Assembly: GCA_030295235.1 (NCBI GenBank) | Contig: AP026126.1 | Coordinates: forward strand, 310,001 to 374,000 | DNA: 64,000 bases | Origin: Fistulifera solaris | Taxonomy: Eukaryota | Direction: 5' to 3' | Shown: piece by piece, positions 13,061 to 25,965 of the stretch | Position numbering within the stretch: position 1 is the stretch's first letter | How the letters are laid out: every line of letters begins with the position of its first letter | Made by a program: the position numbers and the translations under genes | Notes under the pieces: generated by a model | What the model saw: only the letters and a program-made list of their open reading frames with translations | The model's database searches: none | Told to the model about the DNA's origin: nothing

Positions 13061-13533
13061 TGTTTTCTTTTGATGGAGCATACAGAAAGAACCGAAAGCT
13101 GCGTTGTGAGGTGTGACGACAATGGGAAAGCGACGCATTTCTGCATTATTTCGTGCGCTCTTTTCGCAAGTGTGATTTTTTTTACCGTCGGGAACCACTA
13201 CGACAGCGAGAAGTCAATAACAGACTGTCTCAGATGAAAGAGTGGGTTCTTTACTTTTTACGTAGTATACTTTGTAGAAAGTCGCTTCCACGTATTGTGT
13301 CCCTCATGACATGCTTAATCTTGACGCGCCGGCATGACATTTCATTGTCCTGTGACGCGGAGAAACGTGAAAACGACTTCATTACCAGGTATTGCTGCTG
13401 TGGAGGAACGAAGTTTTATTTTTTCGAAAGAGATCGATCCAACAAGTTTTCTTTCGTGGACAACTTTGCTCGTTTTCTCACATAAGAAATGATTCTTTGA
13501 GTCCGTACTGACTGTGTTCAACTGCGTTTGACA

Positions 13534-14502
13534 ATGTCCACCGCAAGAAAACGAATTCGCACGGTTCATGATCTGGCTCCCTTTGTCGCTTCCTTACCTC
13601 CCAAGGAGGCGGCTGCCGCCATGTCATTGCCCATTTCCGATATGCCACCCTTGCTTGTGTTACATCAACTGCCTCAAGCGGACTCTTGCAAAACGCTCAT
13701 GGAGCGCGTCGTGCGTGAATTTCTTCCCATCATTTTGCGACGTGGCTACAAAATCCTCTCCGTGTCCGAATTTTGCTGTTGCGGCGATGGAATGGATGCA
13801 CTGTGTCGTCGAAAGAAAAACAAACAGCCCGACAATGTCTTGGGCTACAACCAAACATTGAGTCGCAATGGAAATAAAAGCCACGAGATTCACTTGCGCA
13901 TGCGACATGTTCACAATCATGGTGCGTTTTACGAATATGAAGATATTGCCGGTACATTCGCCCACGAGTTGGCGCACTGCGAACGTGGTCCCCACGACGA
14001 AAAGTTTTTTAAAATCATGGAAGGAATTTTAGAGGAGCATGCCAAATTAATGGCGTCTCGTCTGACGTTGGGAGGCGGCATGCAACCGATTTTGCCCTTT
14101 TCGGGTTCCGGACAGCGACTCGGGGGAGGCAATCATGTTGGCAGACACCCAAGTCGCTTGGTAACATCGGGACACAAACTGGGTGGAGACTGTTGTTTTC
14201 AAAAGTACATGACACCTTCTGAGGCTGCCGTCGCCGCGGCCCTAGCTCGGCAACGGCAGCTTCTTCGTATCAAAGGAAATCAATGTTGTCAGCCTTGTGT
14301 GATTGACCTGAGTGATGAAGATGAGTCAACGAACACGATCGAACGTCAACCGGTCGTCTCATCCAAGAAGCCTGCTTTTGTAGACTTGACCAGTGACGAC
14401 ACGCCGAAGAAAAAGTCTCTTGAATGGAGCTGTCGGGCTTGCACGTATCTAAATCCTCCCATCGTGCGATTGTGCGACATGTGCGAAACGGCTCGTGCTT
14501 AA
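13534..14502 (+). CDS. WSS1: WLM/Wss1-type metalloprotease (DNA-protein crosslink repair) with a C-terminal RanBP2-type zinc finger
   Basis: VLGYN...IHLRMR...HELAHCERGPHDEKFF (HExxH), SHP-like FSGSGQRLGG, SIM-like VIDLSD and FVDLTSD, and WSCRACTYLN...CDMC zinc finger. Confidence 0.88.
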   Translation: MSTARKRIRTVHDLAPFVASLPPKEAAAAMSLPISDMPPLLVLHQLPQADSCKTLMERVVREFLPIILRRGYKILSVSEFCCCGDGMDALCRRKKNKQPDNVLGYNQTLSRNGNKSHEIHLRMRHVHNHGAFYEYEDIAGTFAHELAHCERGPHDEKFFKIMEGILEEHAKLMASRLTLGGGMQPILPFSGSGQRLGGGNHVGRHPSRLVTSGHKLGGDCCFQKYMTPSEAAVAAALARQRQLLRIKGNQCCQPCVIDLSDEDESTNTIERQPVVSSKKPAFVDLTSDDTPKKKSLEWSCRACTYLNPPIVRLCDMCETARA

Positions 14503-15090
14503 AGATTAGAGATTTTTTTGTCGATTTGGTTTGGAGCAATTCGATTTCAAGTGTATTCAACGTTGAACTAGGACGAATTTTAACAAGCGATTCTTATTTC
14601 GAACTCTAGAGTCCAATCTTGGTCAATCGAAGATCCAGGCGTCATTCTCTACCAATCTGAAAGTATTTCTTTTCGTTAAATTCCACTTTTCTCTAATCTC
14701 TGTAAAGTCTAGAGAGCTATTGTGTCTACAGTTCGAGAGCATGTTTAAGGGATGAATCGGATTTGGAGGGAACGTTGGGATAGTGATTTTGCTGACGTGG
14801 AAGCAGCCAGTCTGCCTGTTGCTCAGCCAACCATTGGCTCGAGACTGACACAGAGTGTACTGGACCGTGCGCGTGCAGACGCGCATCATCATCATCGTCC
14901 TTCCGATTTGTTCGCTTCACATCCCGCTTTTTTCTTGCAAAAATAATTTGGTTTCAAATCGTTTCGACGATTGCTTCATTTTATAGTTGTTGATCGGAAT
15001 CGGATTTCATCACTCTCCTTTGAAACGAATAGTTCATTCATTTCTTGAAGTGTATCCTTTTATATCAGTCATACAAAAAGATTCAACAAA

Positions 15091-17278
15091 ATGGCTTTTC
15101 AATTAAGTCTCCGCCGCGGACTCGTCAGCTCTCCGTCGATGCTTCGTCCTTCGTACATCCAACCCACCAGCGTGCTCGGACAATCCATTCGAAGGTGGCA
15201 ATCCGCAGGTCCCGATGCCGGTGATGTGATCGGTATTGATTTAGGAACGACCAACTCTTGCGTGGCAATCATGGTAAGAATGAATCAGTAGACGACTCGA
15301 TGTTTCCATCCTCGCCTCTGTCACTCAATTGTCGCTCTCTTTTCACGACTCGAAGGAAGGCCGCAATCCCCGTGTGATTGAAAACTCCGAAGGTGCTCGC
15401 ACTACTCCGTCCGTGGTGGCGTTTACCAACAACAACGAGCGCTTGGTGGGTATGGCGGCGCGCCGACAGGCGGTGACGAACCCCGAGAATACACTCTACG
15501 CCGTCAAACGTCTCATCGGACGTCGCTTCGAAGACAAGGAAGTCAAAAATATTGCCGGACTCGTTCCTTACAAGATTGTCAAGAGTGACAACAATGAAGA
15601 TGCTTGGGTGGAAGCGCAGGGCAAAAAGTACAGTCCTAGTCAAATCGGGTCCATGGTGTTGACGAAAATGAAAGAAACCGCGGAAGGCTTTTTGGGACGC
15701 ACCGTCACCAAGGCCGTGGTCACCGTCCCGGCCTATTTCAACGATAGTCAGCGTCAAGCGACGAAAGATGCCGGAAAAATTGCGGGCTTGGATGTTTTGC
15801 GTATTATCAATGAACCCACAGCGGCCTCACTCGCGTATGGCCTCGACAAGGCGGACGGAAAGACCATTGTCGTCTTTGATTTGGGTGGTGGTACATTTGA
15901 TGTCTCGGTTTTGGAAATTCAGGGCGGTGTCTTTGAAGTGAAAGCAACCAACGGAGATACCATGTTGGGTGGAGAGGACTTTGATGAAGAATTACTGGAG
16001 CACCTGTTGCGCGAGTTCAAGAAGGACAGTGGCATTGATTTAAGCAAGGACAAACTGGCCATGCAACGATTACGTGAAGCCGCCGAAAAAGCCAAGCGTG
16101 AACTCGATGGTTTGGCACAAACGGATGTTTCGTTACCCTTCATCACTGCTGACGCCACTGGACCCAAGCATTTGAACATTAAACTTACGCGTGCTCAATT
16201 TGAACAAATGGTGCAAAAACTCGTTGACCGTGTCATTGATCCCTGCAAGGTGAGTGGAATATAGTGTGCTGTTATTGAGCTAGTCATGTTTTCTAATGTG
16301 ACGGATACTTATCATTTTACTTTACACTCTCGATTCAACAGAACTGCATGAAAGATGCCGACATTTCGAAGAGTGACCTGCATGAAGTCATCCTTGTTGG
16401 TGGTATGACACGAATGCCAAAGGTGCAAGACACCGTCGCTGACTTTTTTGGCAAAAAGCCGTCTCGAGGAGTGAACCCCGATGAAGTTGTAGCCATGGGT
16501 GCCGCCATCCAGGGTGGTGTTCTCAAGGGTGATGTGAAGGATATTCTGCTTTTGGATGTTACTCCCCTATCTTTGGGTTTGGAAACACTTGGTGGCGTCA
16601 TGACAAAGCTTATTCCCCGAAATACAACTATCCCGACGAAAAAACAACAGACATTCAGTACTGCCACCGACAACCAGCCACAGGTACAAATCAAAGTGCT
16701 ACAAGGTGAACGTGAGATGGCTGCTGACAACAAGATGCTTGGAAACTTTGATTTGGTGGGTCTCCCACCAGCGCCTCGTGGTGTTCCCCAAATCGAGGTG
16801 TCGTTCGATATCGATGCCGATGGTATTTTGAACGTGAGTGCCAAGGATAAGGGAACGGGTAAACAACAAAGCATTGTAATTCGTAGTAGCGGTGGTTTGT
16901 CGGAAGCCGAAATTGAAAAGATGGTTCAAGATGCGGAAGCTAATGCCGAAGCGGACGCCCGACGCCGCAAAACTATTGAAACACGCAACGAGATGGATTC
17001 TCTTATTTATTCAACGGAAAAGAGTTTGACCGAGAACGCCGAGAAGATTGATGCCGATACCAAGGCCGAAATTGAAAAGGCCATCGCGGAGGCGAAGGAG
17101 GTCAAGGACAGTGACGACTTGGATGCATTGACTGCTAAGAAGGACGTTCTAAACCAGGCCAGTCTAAAGATTGGACAAGCCATTTACGGACAGCAATCAC
17201 AAGGTAATACCGAGGAGAAAGACGATAACACAGTCGATGCTGATTTCAAGGAGAAAGAGAAGAAAAGACGACAAGTAA
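15091..17278 (+). CDS. HSPA9: Mitochondrial Hsp70 (mortalin/SSC1); introns 15274-15355 and 16250-16341
   Basis: Arg/Ser-rich presequence, [52 protein letters not shown] and [12 protein letters not shown]. Removing one A near 17263 gives a C-terminus EKEKKDDK* at 17278. Confidence 0.93.
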
Positions 17279-17484
17279 TTCCAATGCCTTCGCGTACGCC
17301 ATCTGGCCAATATTGTCTTATTCGTGCTATTCTTGGAATGTTGATGGGCGTTGGTGAATATAGTAGAGAAATTTATTAGAAAAGCTGCTTGTAGGACCTC
17401 CTTTGTGACCATTGTGTCTAGTTTCTTCTACAACACTAAAGTCGCTTTTATTTGTAGACATGTACGATTAGAATAAGTACCTTT

Positions 17485-18796
17485 CTAAAGCTCATCACCC
17501 GTCCCGATCGGTTCCTCCATCACGGGCCCATGGTCTGGCACCAGCATCGAATGCGAGAGGGCGAGACCGACCAAACATCCGCACGTGACCACGTACATGT
17601 CAGACCGCAAATGCGTCCAGGCCCGATACACGGTCACCAATTTGGGAAAGGAACCGGCCAAAAAGTTCTTGACCATGGTCACCCCGGTGCTGACGATATC
17701 TTTATGAGCCGCTTCATCTTCAATGACGGCCGGTAGGTGCGCCCCCAAGGTCGATGCTACGACTTGACGGATAAACAAGGCAATGATTCCCAGTAACGGT
17801 GGTACCATGCGAAAAGATAGCAACAATCCCATGATTCCTGTCACCAATCGACGTGGACCATAGTAAAGAGGGCGAGATTGAGTCGGTGTACTTTGACCGC
17901 CTGACGACCCAAGAACATGACGAGACCACTGCCGGCAGTGTATTTGTCCAAATCGACCCCGAAAAGGGGATCGATATTCGCATCATGATTATCGACACCA
18001 CGCTTGGGCGTATTCTCCTCGGCAAATTCATCGATAGGGTCTACGGAATAGTCGGTCGGACGACGACTATCTTCGAGGACGGGAGACTTTTCGACCGTCG
18101 ACCACGGATTCATCACACTCGGAACGATATTGACAAATTTCATCTCGAGCGGTCCCAAAGGACCCCGTTGGACGATGTCAGGCAAATCTCCTTTACTGTA
18201 CGACAAATGCAATTGCATTCCCACATCGAGACCAGCTCCAAAGAGCAAGAATACGACGAGTACATGCATGTAAATGGGAATCCGATCCGCCAACGTCGTG
18301 GATCGTTGTTGCAACGGAATGCTTCGTTGCTGCTGTACTTCTTGTTGTTTCTTTTCTTGCAATCTCATACGACGCATTTTGGCCACTCCCATGTATTTTT
18401 TTCTTTTCTTCCGGTTGTGTTCCGGGTGTAAAAACTTCTTCGACCACGGATGATGATTCCTCGTCCACATTCGACTTCGTCTCTTTAGCGACCGGTGTTG
18501 TTTTTTCTTGTTTCTTCTCCTCCTCCTCTTCTTTGTTGACGGTCGTTTCTGCTTCTTCTTCTTCTTTTTCTACAACTTCTTCTTTCGTCTTTTTGTTAGC
18601 AAACCTACGACGCCGCATGGCAGCTAATTTGGAGGAACCTTTATTATTCTTGTTGCCGTCCTCGTCGTCATCCCCGAATCCCGACACTTGGTCCATCCGA
18701 CGATTGGCTCCTTCTAGAATGCGCTGTCGTCGCGCTTCTGCTTGGATGCGGGCTTTTTTCTTCTTCTTCTTCTACTACTAACAAATCTTCCGACAT
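17485..18796 (-). CDS. Putative GET2/CAML-like ER membrane receptor for tail-anchored proteins (three 1-nt frameshifts)
   Basis: Reconstructed N-terminal basic motif ARIQAEARRQRILEGANRRMDQVSG, a long charged cytosolic linker, three hydrophobic segments and C-terminal GDEL. Confidence 0.55.
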
Positions 18797-19013
18797 GATC
18801 GTTTCCTCTCTATTTAGTTTGAACTTTATATGCAAATGCAAATGCAAGGAGCCAAATATAACAAAGGAATGAAAACGGTGGGTGTGTGTATGTGTGTTGT
18901 GTGTCATACTTTGTACAAAGTAGGTTCGCGATCGCGAACGTCAAATCGATCTATCCGCCGTACGACGTCCAGACGGAGCCGACGGGCCGGGTCGGGTTGG
19001 GCGCGCGCGCAGT

Positions 19014-19028
19014 GGCGGGAGATTTGAT
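19014..19028 (+). promoter_or_regulatory. E2F/CDE-CHR-like cell-cycle element upstream of MCM4
   Basis: GGCGG + 4 nt (GAGA) + TTTGAT, including the E2F-like TGGCGGGA, in a GC-rich patch about 230 nt upstream of the MCM4 ATG. Confidence 0.35.
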
Positions 19029-19251
19029 TCTCGCAAACAACCACAAAAGGCTGAGGCAATAAAGTTGTATGTCGCACAACAAAAAAAAAAATAGAAAACA
19101 AAACACCATTCTGCTCCCTTTTGAGACGCACGGAATAGAGAGATTAACATCGAAATATTCATTCACTTTATATATCTTTTGCTGCTCTATTCTTTCGGAT
19201 AAGTAGCTAGCTTTAAAAAAGGACATAAGCACACATTAACTCAACATCAAC

Positions 19252-21869
19252 ATGGATTATGACAATGTCGAACTTCCTCCAACTCCGCCGCGGAGTCCTA
19301 CCAATGACAACAACGATAACCGTCGACCGAATGATTCACCCATTCTTCCTCCCAGTCCAATGAGTGAGAGTTCCAGCCGTCAGATGCCTCCGCCTTCACC
19401 CTCCTCGACCGTCGATGAATTGAATGAAGAACCGGCTTTTCCCCTCCCGGAGGAGAATGCTAACAACAACAACAACAACAACAATGAAACAGCCATTGAT
19501 CAAGACATTGCCTTGATTCGAGGAACGAATGTGCATGTACCGACTGCCGCAGCTGCCTTTGTTGACTTTTTGCGTCATTTTCGATCGTTGCGGGCACAGC
19601 GAAATGACAAAAACGACGACTCGGAGAGTGATAGTGATGACGAAGAAGAAGAAGAAGAAGAAGAAACTCCCCTTTACATGGCCCAATTGCAATCCCTGTT
19701 GACGCACGGTCACTGGCGCGACGAAACAACACCGACGACGACGACACATCCATCTACCGCCACGGCGAGTCTTGACATTGATGCCATGCATATTTATTTT
19801 CACAGCGAAGCTTGTCAAAAATTCTATCATCAGATGGTGTCGTTCCCCATGGAAATCATTCCTCTCATGGATTTACTCGTTCATCGGGAACTCGAACGAC
19901 TTGCTCCCGATTGGGACATTGACGTTAATGGTCCGTTCCCCCGCGTTCAAGTCCGACCCTTCAATTTGCGGCAAGTTTCCAATTTGCGCAGTCTCGATCC
20001 GGTCGCCCTCGATTCCCTCATTACCATTCAAGGCATGATTGTGCGCTGTTCTCCCCTCATTCCCGATCTCAAAGTCGCCCATTTCACTTGCTGTTTGTGC
20101 GGACACGCCGTCGCGGTCACCTTGGATCGGGGGCGCATCACCGAACCCACCGGTCCGTGTCCTACCTGTTCGACCCGGGATGCCTTCCAAATGCAACACA
20201 ATCGTTGTACGTTTGCCGACAAACAATTGGTGCGATTGCAAGAAACACCGGATCAAGTACCGGCGGGACAAACACCGGCATCCGTCGTCACGTACGCGTT
20301 TGATGATTTGGTCGATGCCATGCAACCGGGTGATAAAGTCGAAGTAACGGGTGTACTCCGGGCGCAACCCGTACGGGTGCATCCCCGGATGCGGAAACTC
20401 AAGACCATTTACAAGACGTACATTGACGTCGTGCATTTTCGGAAATTGACCACGATGCAACGGGACGAACAACAACGCACGACCGTCCCACCGAAATGGA
20501 CCCACGAACGAGTGCAAACATTGTACGCCTTGTCCCGAAGACCCGATATTTACGAGCAATTGACGGCATCTTTGGCACCGTCCATTTGGGAATTGGACGA
20601 TGTCAAGAAAGGGATTTTGTGTATGATGTTTGGGGGGAATTCCGTGCGGGTGAAGAATACACCGCCGTCAAATTCGAACAATAATGATGACTCGTGGTTG
20701 GATGAAGAAAATCCACCCGACGAAGATTTTACCACGGCAACTGCCAAATTGAACAAACGCGGTGACATTAATATTCTGCTCTGTGGTGATCCCGGTACTT
20801 CCAAATCGCAGCTTCTGGGATATGTGCACAAACTGAGTCCGCGCGGTGTCTACACGTCGGGCAAGGGCAGTTCTGCTGTGGGACTGACGGCCTCGGTGGT
20901 GCGTGATCCCGAGACAAGGGAATTGGTCTTGGAGAGTGGTGCGCTGGTGTTGAGTGATTTGGGGATTTGTTGCATTGACGAATTCGACAAAATGTCGGAT
21001 ACCACGCGATCCATCCTCCATGAAGCCATGGAGCAGCAGACAGTGTCCATGGCGAAAGCCGGTATCCTCGCCACACTTCCGGCTCGTACATCGGTACTGG
21101 CTTCCGCCAATCCGATTGATTCCCGATACAATCCAGCGAAAAGTGTGGTGGAGAACATTCAACTTCCACCAACTTTGTTGAGTCGATTTGATTTGATCTA
21201 TCTGATTCTCGATCAACCCAATGAGCAGCAGGACCGTCAGTTGGCGCAGCATTTAGTGGGACTGTACTATGAAACGCCGAATGTGGTACAACCCCCATGG
21301 ACCATGCCTTATTGCGTGATTACATTGACTACGCCCGACAAAACATTCATCCCCAGCTGTCCGATGAAGCATCGGACCAATTGTTGGAGAGCTACTTGGA
21401 AATGCGGGCGCGTGGTGCCGCCGCACGAACCATTTCGGCGACCCCGCGACAGCTGGAATCATTGGTTCGAATCTCGGAAGCGTTGGCCAAAATACGCTAC
21501 CGCGAAACGGTCACGCGTGCGGATGTCATTGAAGCGGTTCGTTTGTGGGAGGTGGCCACTCAAACAGCTGCAACTGATCCCCGGACGGGTCGCATTGACA
21601 TGGATGTGCTGGCGGTGGGACGTTCCGCAGCGGATCGTCATGACGACGAAATCCTATTGGTTCATTTACAAGAGCTGGTCCGAGAGCGTCACGGTCAAAC
21701 CATGACGGTCCGAGAGGTGTCGAGCCAACTTGCCCAAATCCAGGGGAGCGATCAAGAACCAGACCATGACAGACTCTTGAATGCTTTAAGACAGCTGCAA
21801 GCGAACGAGGTGATTCGGTTTCATGAACGCAGGCAAACGATTTTTATTGGACGTGGCATCGGGCGTTAA
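19252..21869 (+). CDS. MCM4: DNA replication licensing factor MCM4 (frameshift in C-run near 21292)
   Basis: Zn finger CCLC..CPTC, KQLVRLQETPDQVPAGQTP, Walker A GDPGTSKSQLL, CCIDEFDKM, arginine finger SRFD and ATPRQLESLVRISEA. Confidence 0.95.
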
Positions 21870-21912
21870 AAATAGACAAATAGTAGCATATTAAACTTAT
21901 TTAGCGTTTTGA

Positions 21913-22953
21913 TCATCGTGGTCTACGGCCATCGTCACCAAAGAGGTCATCGACTATCCAACCCACGAGACGACCCATAAATTTCCTCGTTCGTTCAATT
22001 GTAGCTGGCATCTCGTAGAGAATATCCTTTCCCGTCGCTAGTGTCCTTGCCGGAAAGTCGGCACCGCATGCTTGTATAATCCAGGAAACATTAGCTACCA
22101 TGTGTTCCCCTACTTTTGACGTAAAATGAGCAGCGTAGAGCGCGGATTGTTTGGCGGAAGCCAATGCATCGGCCGTAGACTTGTGGTGCATCTCCTTAAA
22201 GGCCGTGTTCGGTACAGGCTGTGGATTTGTAGTAGTTGTTGTTGGTTCTTCGGTGTCGCTCTTCCAATCGATAATAAAACTGAGCCATCCGATACCATAG
22301 CAAGAAATGTTGACGCCTTGATCTGCTTGTATTTCGCGAATCGAAAGACCATGATTTCTCGGCGCGACCGCGGCAATCGCCTCCTCGCCCGTTTCCGGAT
22401 TTTTCAAAGAAGGTAATCGACCTGAGTCGAGCCGTAGCAACTCCAGTCCTGTCGCTTAATTAATTCTTCTTCTGGCAAACGTGAGGACGAATCAATGCTG
22501 GTAATTGTTTTCGAATCGTCGACGGACTCAATGAAAGCATCGTGTTTCTTCCCTTTCTTGTCAGCTGTCTTGGCGGCATCAATCACTGTCTTCGACATGG
22601 CATCGGGAAAAATCAAAGCCGGAGAAACTACCACCGACATGGCTTGTGGGTCCATTTCGACGCCTTCTTGTGTCTCGGCAAAACCAGCCTCGGAGGGGTC
22701 ACCCCCGGCGGCCCACACGGTAAATTGCTCCAAGGCACCTTTCCTCGTATTCACGTCCAAATCCGACAACAATTCGAGTCGCGACCGTAAGCCCTTACAG
22801 TTTCCTTCTCTCTGATTCGTAGACTGCGTCGACGAGGACAAAATACGATCCCCGACATGTGTACGTGTAAATGGAAGGTTCGAACAATTGCTGGGAAGGA
22901 ATTGTGGCCTTGTTTTGCAAATTGTGTCTGTCACGGGGGAATTTTTTCGCCAT
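21913..22953 (-). CDS. Hypothetical protein (frameshifted near 22440; start uncertain)
   Basis: Two abutting ORFs (176 and 175 aa) with protein-like composition. No family recognised. Confidence 0.5.
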
Positions 22954-23880
22954 TTTATTGCGGTCTGCGAGGTTTACTTCTTTGATGCGAAATATAGACT
23001 AAGTATGTGGTGCCGTGGTTGTTTTTCCTTTTTTAATTTGCAAGACACTCTCTCGTTATTTCTTTTGTTGCAATGCCTGCAAAAACAACAATGGGAGACG
23101 AGAGACGAGTGCCGAGTGGGAAGCAATCCTGCATCGCACTGCCACTCGCTCTCTCCACGTAGAATTGGACGAGAGGAATTCGTAGTTCATCACAGAAACG
23201 GATGTACTTAAAGCCCTACAGTCGACGTGTCACGTTTTCTCTCATTCTGACGTACCATGGATTTTTGGTTGGAGGAGTTCCCTTGGGCCATTCTCATTGG
23301 GATTATAGTCAATTTTTCTTTTCCGTTGCATGTGAAGTGGCAATAAGATAGGAATCTTACTCTATAATAATATGTACTGCGATTCAAGCGCGCAAGCATA
23401 GCATCGAGAAACTTTTTTCTACATAGAATTCGATAGATGCGAAAGATCCACTCCTGTTCGTGCCGCAGCTCCGTGATTTGACGCGAAAAACAACGCGAAA
23501 CAATTTTTTCGCATCGTGCATCCATGATCTTTTCACACGAAGGATTTGATTCGTTCGATCCAAAGCAATGGCGTGGGACTCATAAACATTTTTCAATAGA
23601 ATCATGAGGGTGATAGATCGAGACATGCCGCCATGTTCGGATCCTCATGCGGGGGAATATTACCCCAACGTCACACCTCGAAAAAATTACGTATTTGCGG
23701 TGAACTACGAACTCGTAAGTAGCCGAATGCATCGTTGCTTTGAAATGGGACTTTCCCCCTCACTTTTTAGTCTTTAATGCAGTCCATGGTAGATCAATTT
23801 ACTCTTTCTCAGAAAAGAGACGTCGCTCGCTGGCTGGAATCACGGAGGAACCTTTTTCCGACCAAGCGGAGAGCACACGA

Positions 23881-25884
23881 ATGGAGGTTACGAGTCGGCC
23901 GGATGCAAGTAACGTATCGATATCGGATAACAGTGAGCCAGATAACAAAGCAATTACTAAAAATAGAAGTGAAGATGATGAGGAGGAGATGTACAGGGCG
24001 GCTTCACCGTCAAAGTTAAGTCGTCAGGAGATGCAAAGCCCGACTCGAAAATCAACGCGGGACAAATCGAAACGGGAAGTACCTCTGGCGCGAGCTCGTG
24101 TTCGCTACGATATGCAATTGGTTCCACCAGTGAACCGGAATCGTTCATTTCTTCGGTGTTTTTTTGAAAGCAAGGACTTTAGACGATCTTCTCGCTTGCA
24201 AGCCGGCGAAATGAGTGACACCAACGAACCGCCTCCTCCTTTTACCGATGGTGATACAACCGTCGTGTGGGTGCCGTCGAAGCGATCCGAATGGGAAGAT
24301 TCCGTCTCAGAGATGACTGCTGTTTGTACTTCCGCTGCCATTCGCCGCTACATGATTGATATTGAATCCTCGAGCAGTTGTGCCAAACCCTTTCACGCCC
24401 CTCTTTCCCGCGAATATATTCGAGATCGCGTTGATATTGACGACCCCTTGAGAGGTTTCCAACTGCGACATCGGGACGGAGGATGGTTGCAAGGTTTTGT
24501 TTTGTGGACGAATTTCACCACGTGGACTCATTACTTTAAGTGGGACTCTTTACATCCCGAGAGTGGCTTCTCCGTCGGTACCTCGGGAAAAGCCGATGTC
24601 ACGGGTGAGCTAGCGAACGAACTCGAAATGCAGCCTCGATCGGGCGACCCTCGTGGTGAGGGTGTTGTGTTTGAAGGGATCGCAGAGCTTGCTCTTTTGG
24701 GAGGCCTTGGTTGTGGAGAGATTTTACTTCGAATGGCCTTGGAGAGCATCATGAAAACTGGCAATTACAAGTATCTTGTGCTTCAGGCGACCGATTCTTC
24801 CAAAACTTTTTACGAGCGCTTCGGTTTTGTTCGAGTAGGGGCTGTCTGTAGATATGAAAAACAGCTTGGTGCCCATGAAACAGAACCTATTCAAGGATAC
24901 TGTCACTGGACGCATGCGAACGAATCCGAAAAGAGCTTACAGAAGCACGGTGGACCTAGCTACATGATGTGTCTCAAGCTTCCGGAACACGGGGTAAAAA
25001 CGTCAGGCCCTTCGTTTCTTGATGAAATGATGAAGCTTGCGGTTGAAAACAAACCTACAGTAGAGCCACTCGGCGCGGCTATGTCGTCATCCGCCATGAA
25101 ATCTTCCGTCCGGAGAAGCAGCTCCTCGGATTTTTCATCAGTTACCCCAAGGAGAGGCCGGCCGCCATTATCAGCGCGTGGAAAGTCGCCAACTCCTCGT
25201 CGGAAAAGCATGGTTTTGCCGCCTTCTCAGGTCATTGTGAGAAGGAAAAGCTCGGATCAGAAGTCTCACAAACACAGTTTACCGCTTGCAGCTGGTGATC
25301 AGCCCCCACTCAAGCGCCGGCGCGTCTCCAATCCCGATAGCCCTATTGGCTTTATGAAACTAGTACCATCCATGAGCTCCTACAAAGGTTCTGTAAATAG
25401 TAAGGGCAGTGGTTCGGTTGGACTCACTCCGAAGACAAATCCAAGAGATGCAACGTTTGACGGATCGCAAGCTCGACGGACTCGGCCTGATATTCCATCG
25501 CCGGAGCCGTTGACGTTAAGCCCCAGCTCCCCAAAAGCAATAGACAAAGACGAGCTTTTCAAACAGAAAGTGAAGGCATACCCTCGAAGTCGTGTACATT
25601 ATTACAATCGAGTTGTGAAGCCGAAGCTGCAGTCAAGGGACAAGAAGTATTTCTTTGTATTGCAATATGACGAACCTTCAAATCTGATAAAGATTGTTCC
25701 CCTTAGCGCCAAGAACATTTTGACAGGTAAGCGCGAAGGTCGTCCGCGCTACCAGGCTGATATAGGAGATACCGATGAGAACTTTGCTGTGGTTCGGGCC
25801 GACGATTACGATGTGGTGCCGGCGGCAATGGTAATGAAGACCCCGATGGTCGCAGCAGAAGCGTGGGACGTTGAGGATGATTGA
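23881..25884 (+). CDS. GNAT-fold acetyltransferase-like protein with disordered flanks and a possible C-terminal beta domain
   Basis: ELALLGGLGCGEILLRMAL...YKYLVLQATDSSKTFYERFGFVRVG resembles GNAT motifs A/B. Long uninterrupted ORF with an NLS-like PPLKRRRV. Confidence 0.7.
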   Translation: MEVTSRPDASNVSISDNSEPDNKAITKNRSEDDEEEMYRAASPSKLSRQEMQSPTRKSTRDKSKREVPLARARVRYDMQLVPPVNRNRSFLRCFFESKDFRRSSRLQAGEMSDTNEPPPPFTDGDTTVVWVPSKRSEWEDSVSEMTAVCTSAAIRRYMIDIESSSSCAKPFHAPLSREYIRDRVDIDDPLRGFQLRHRDGGWLQGFVLWTNFTTWTHYFKWDSLHPESGFSVGTSGKADVTGELANELEMQPRSGDPRGEGVVFEGIAELALLGGLGCGEILLRMALESIMKTGNYKYLVLQATDSSKTFYERFGFVRVGAVCRYEKQLGAHETEPIQGYCHWTHANESEKSLQKHGGPSYMMCLKLPEHGVKTSGPSFLDEMMKLAVENKPTVEPLGAAMSSSAMKSSVRRSSSSDFSSVTPRRGRPPLSARGKSPTPRRKSMVLPPSQVIVRRKSSDQKSHKHSLPLAAGDQPPLKRRRVSNPDSPIGFMKLVPSMSSYKGSVNSKGSGSVGLTPKTNPRDATFDGSQARRTRPDIPSPEPLTLSPSSPKAIDKDELFKQKVKAYPRSRVHYYNRVVKPKLQSRDKKYFFVLQYDEPSNLIKIVPLSAKNILTGKREGRPRYQADIGDTDENFAVVRADDYDVVPAAMVMKTPMVAAEAWDVEDD

Positions 25885-25965
25885 GTTTCGTAGAAAGCAG
25901 TTCGATTCTTACCATCATTCAGCTTGACAAATAACTTTGCCTATAACCAATTTACTTTTTTTATT

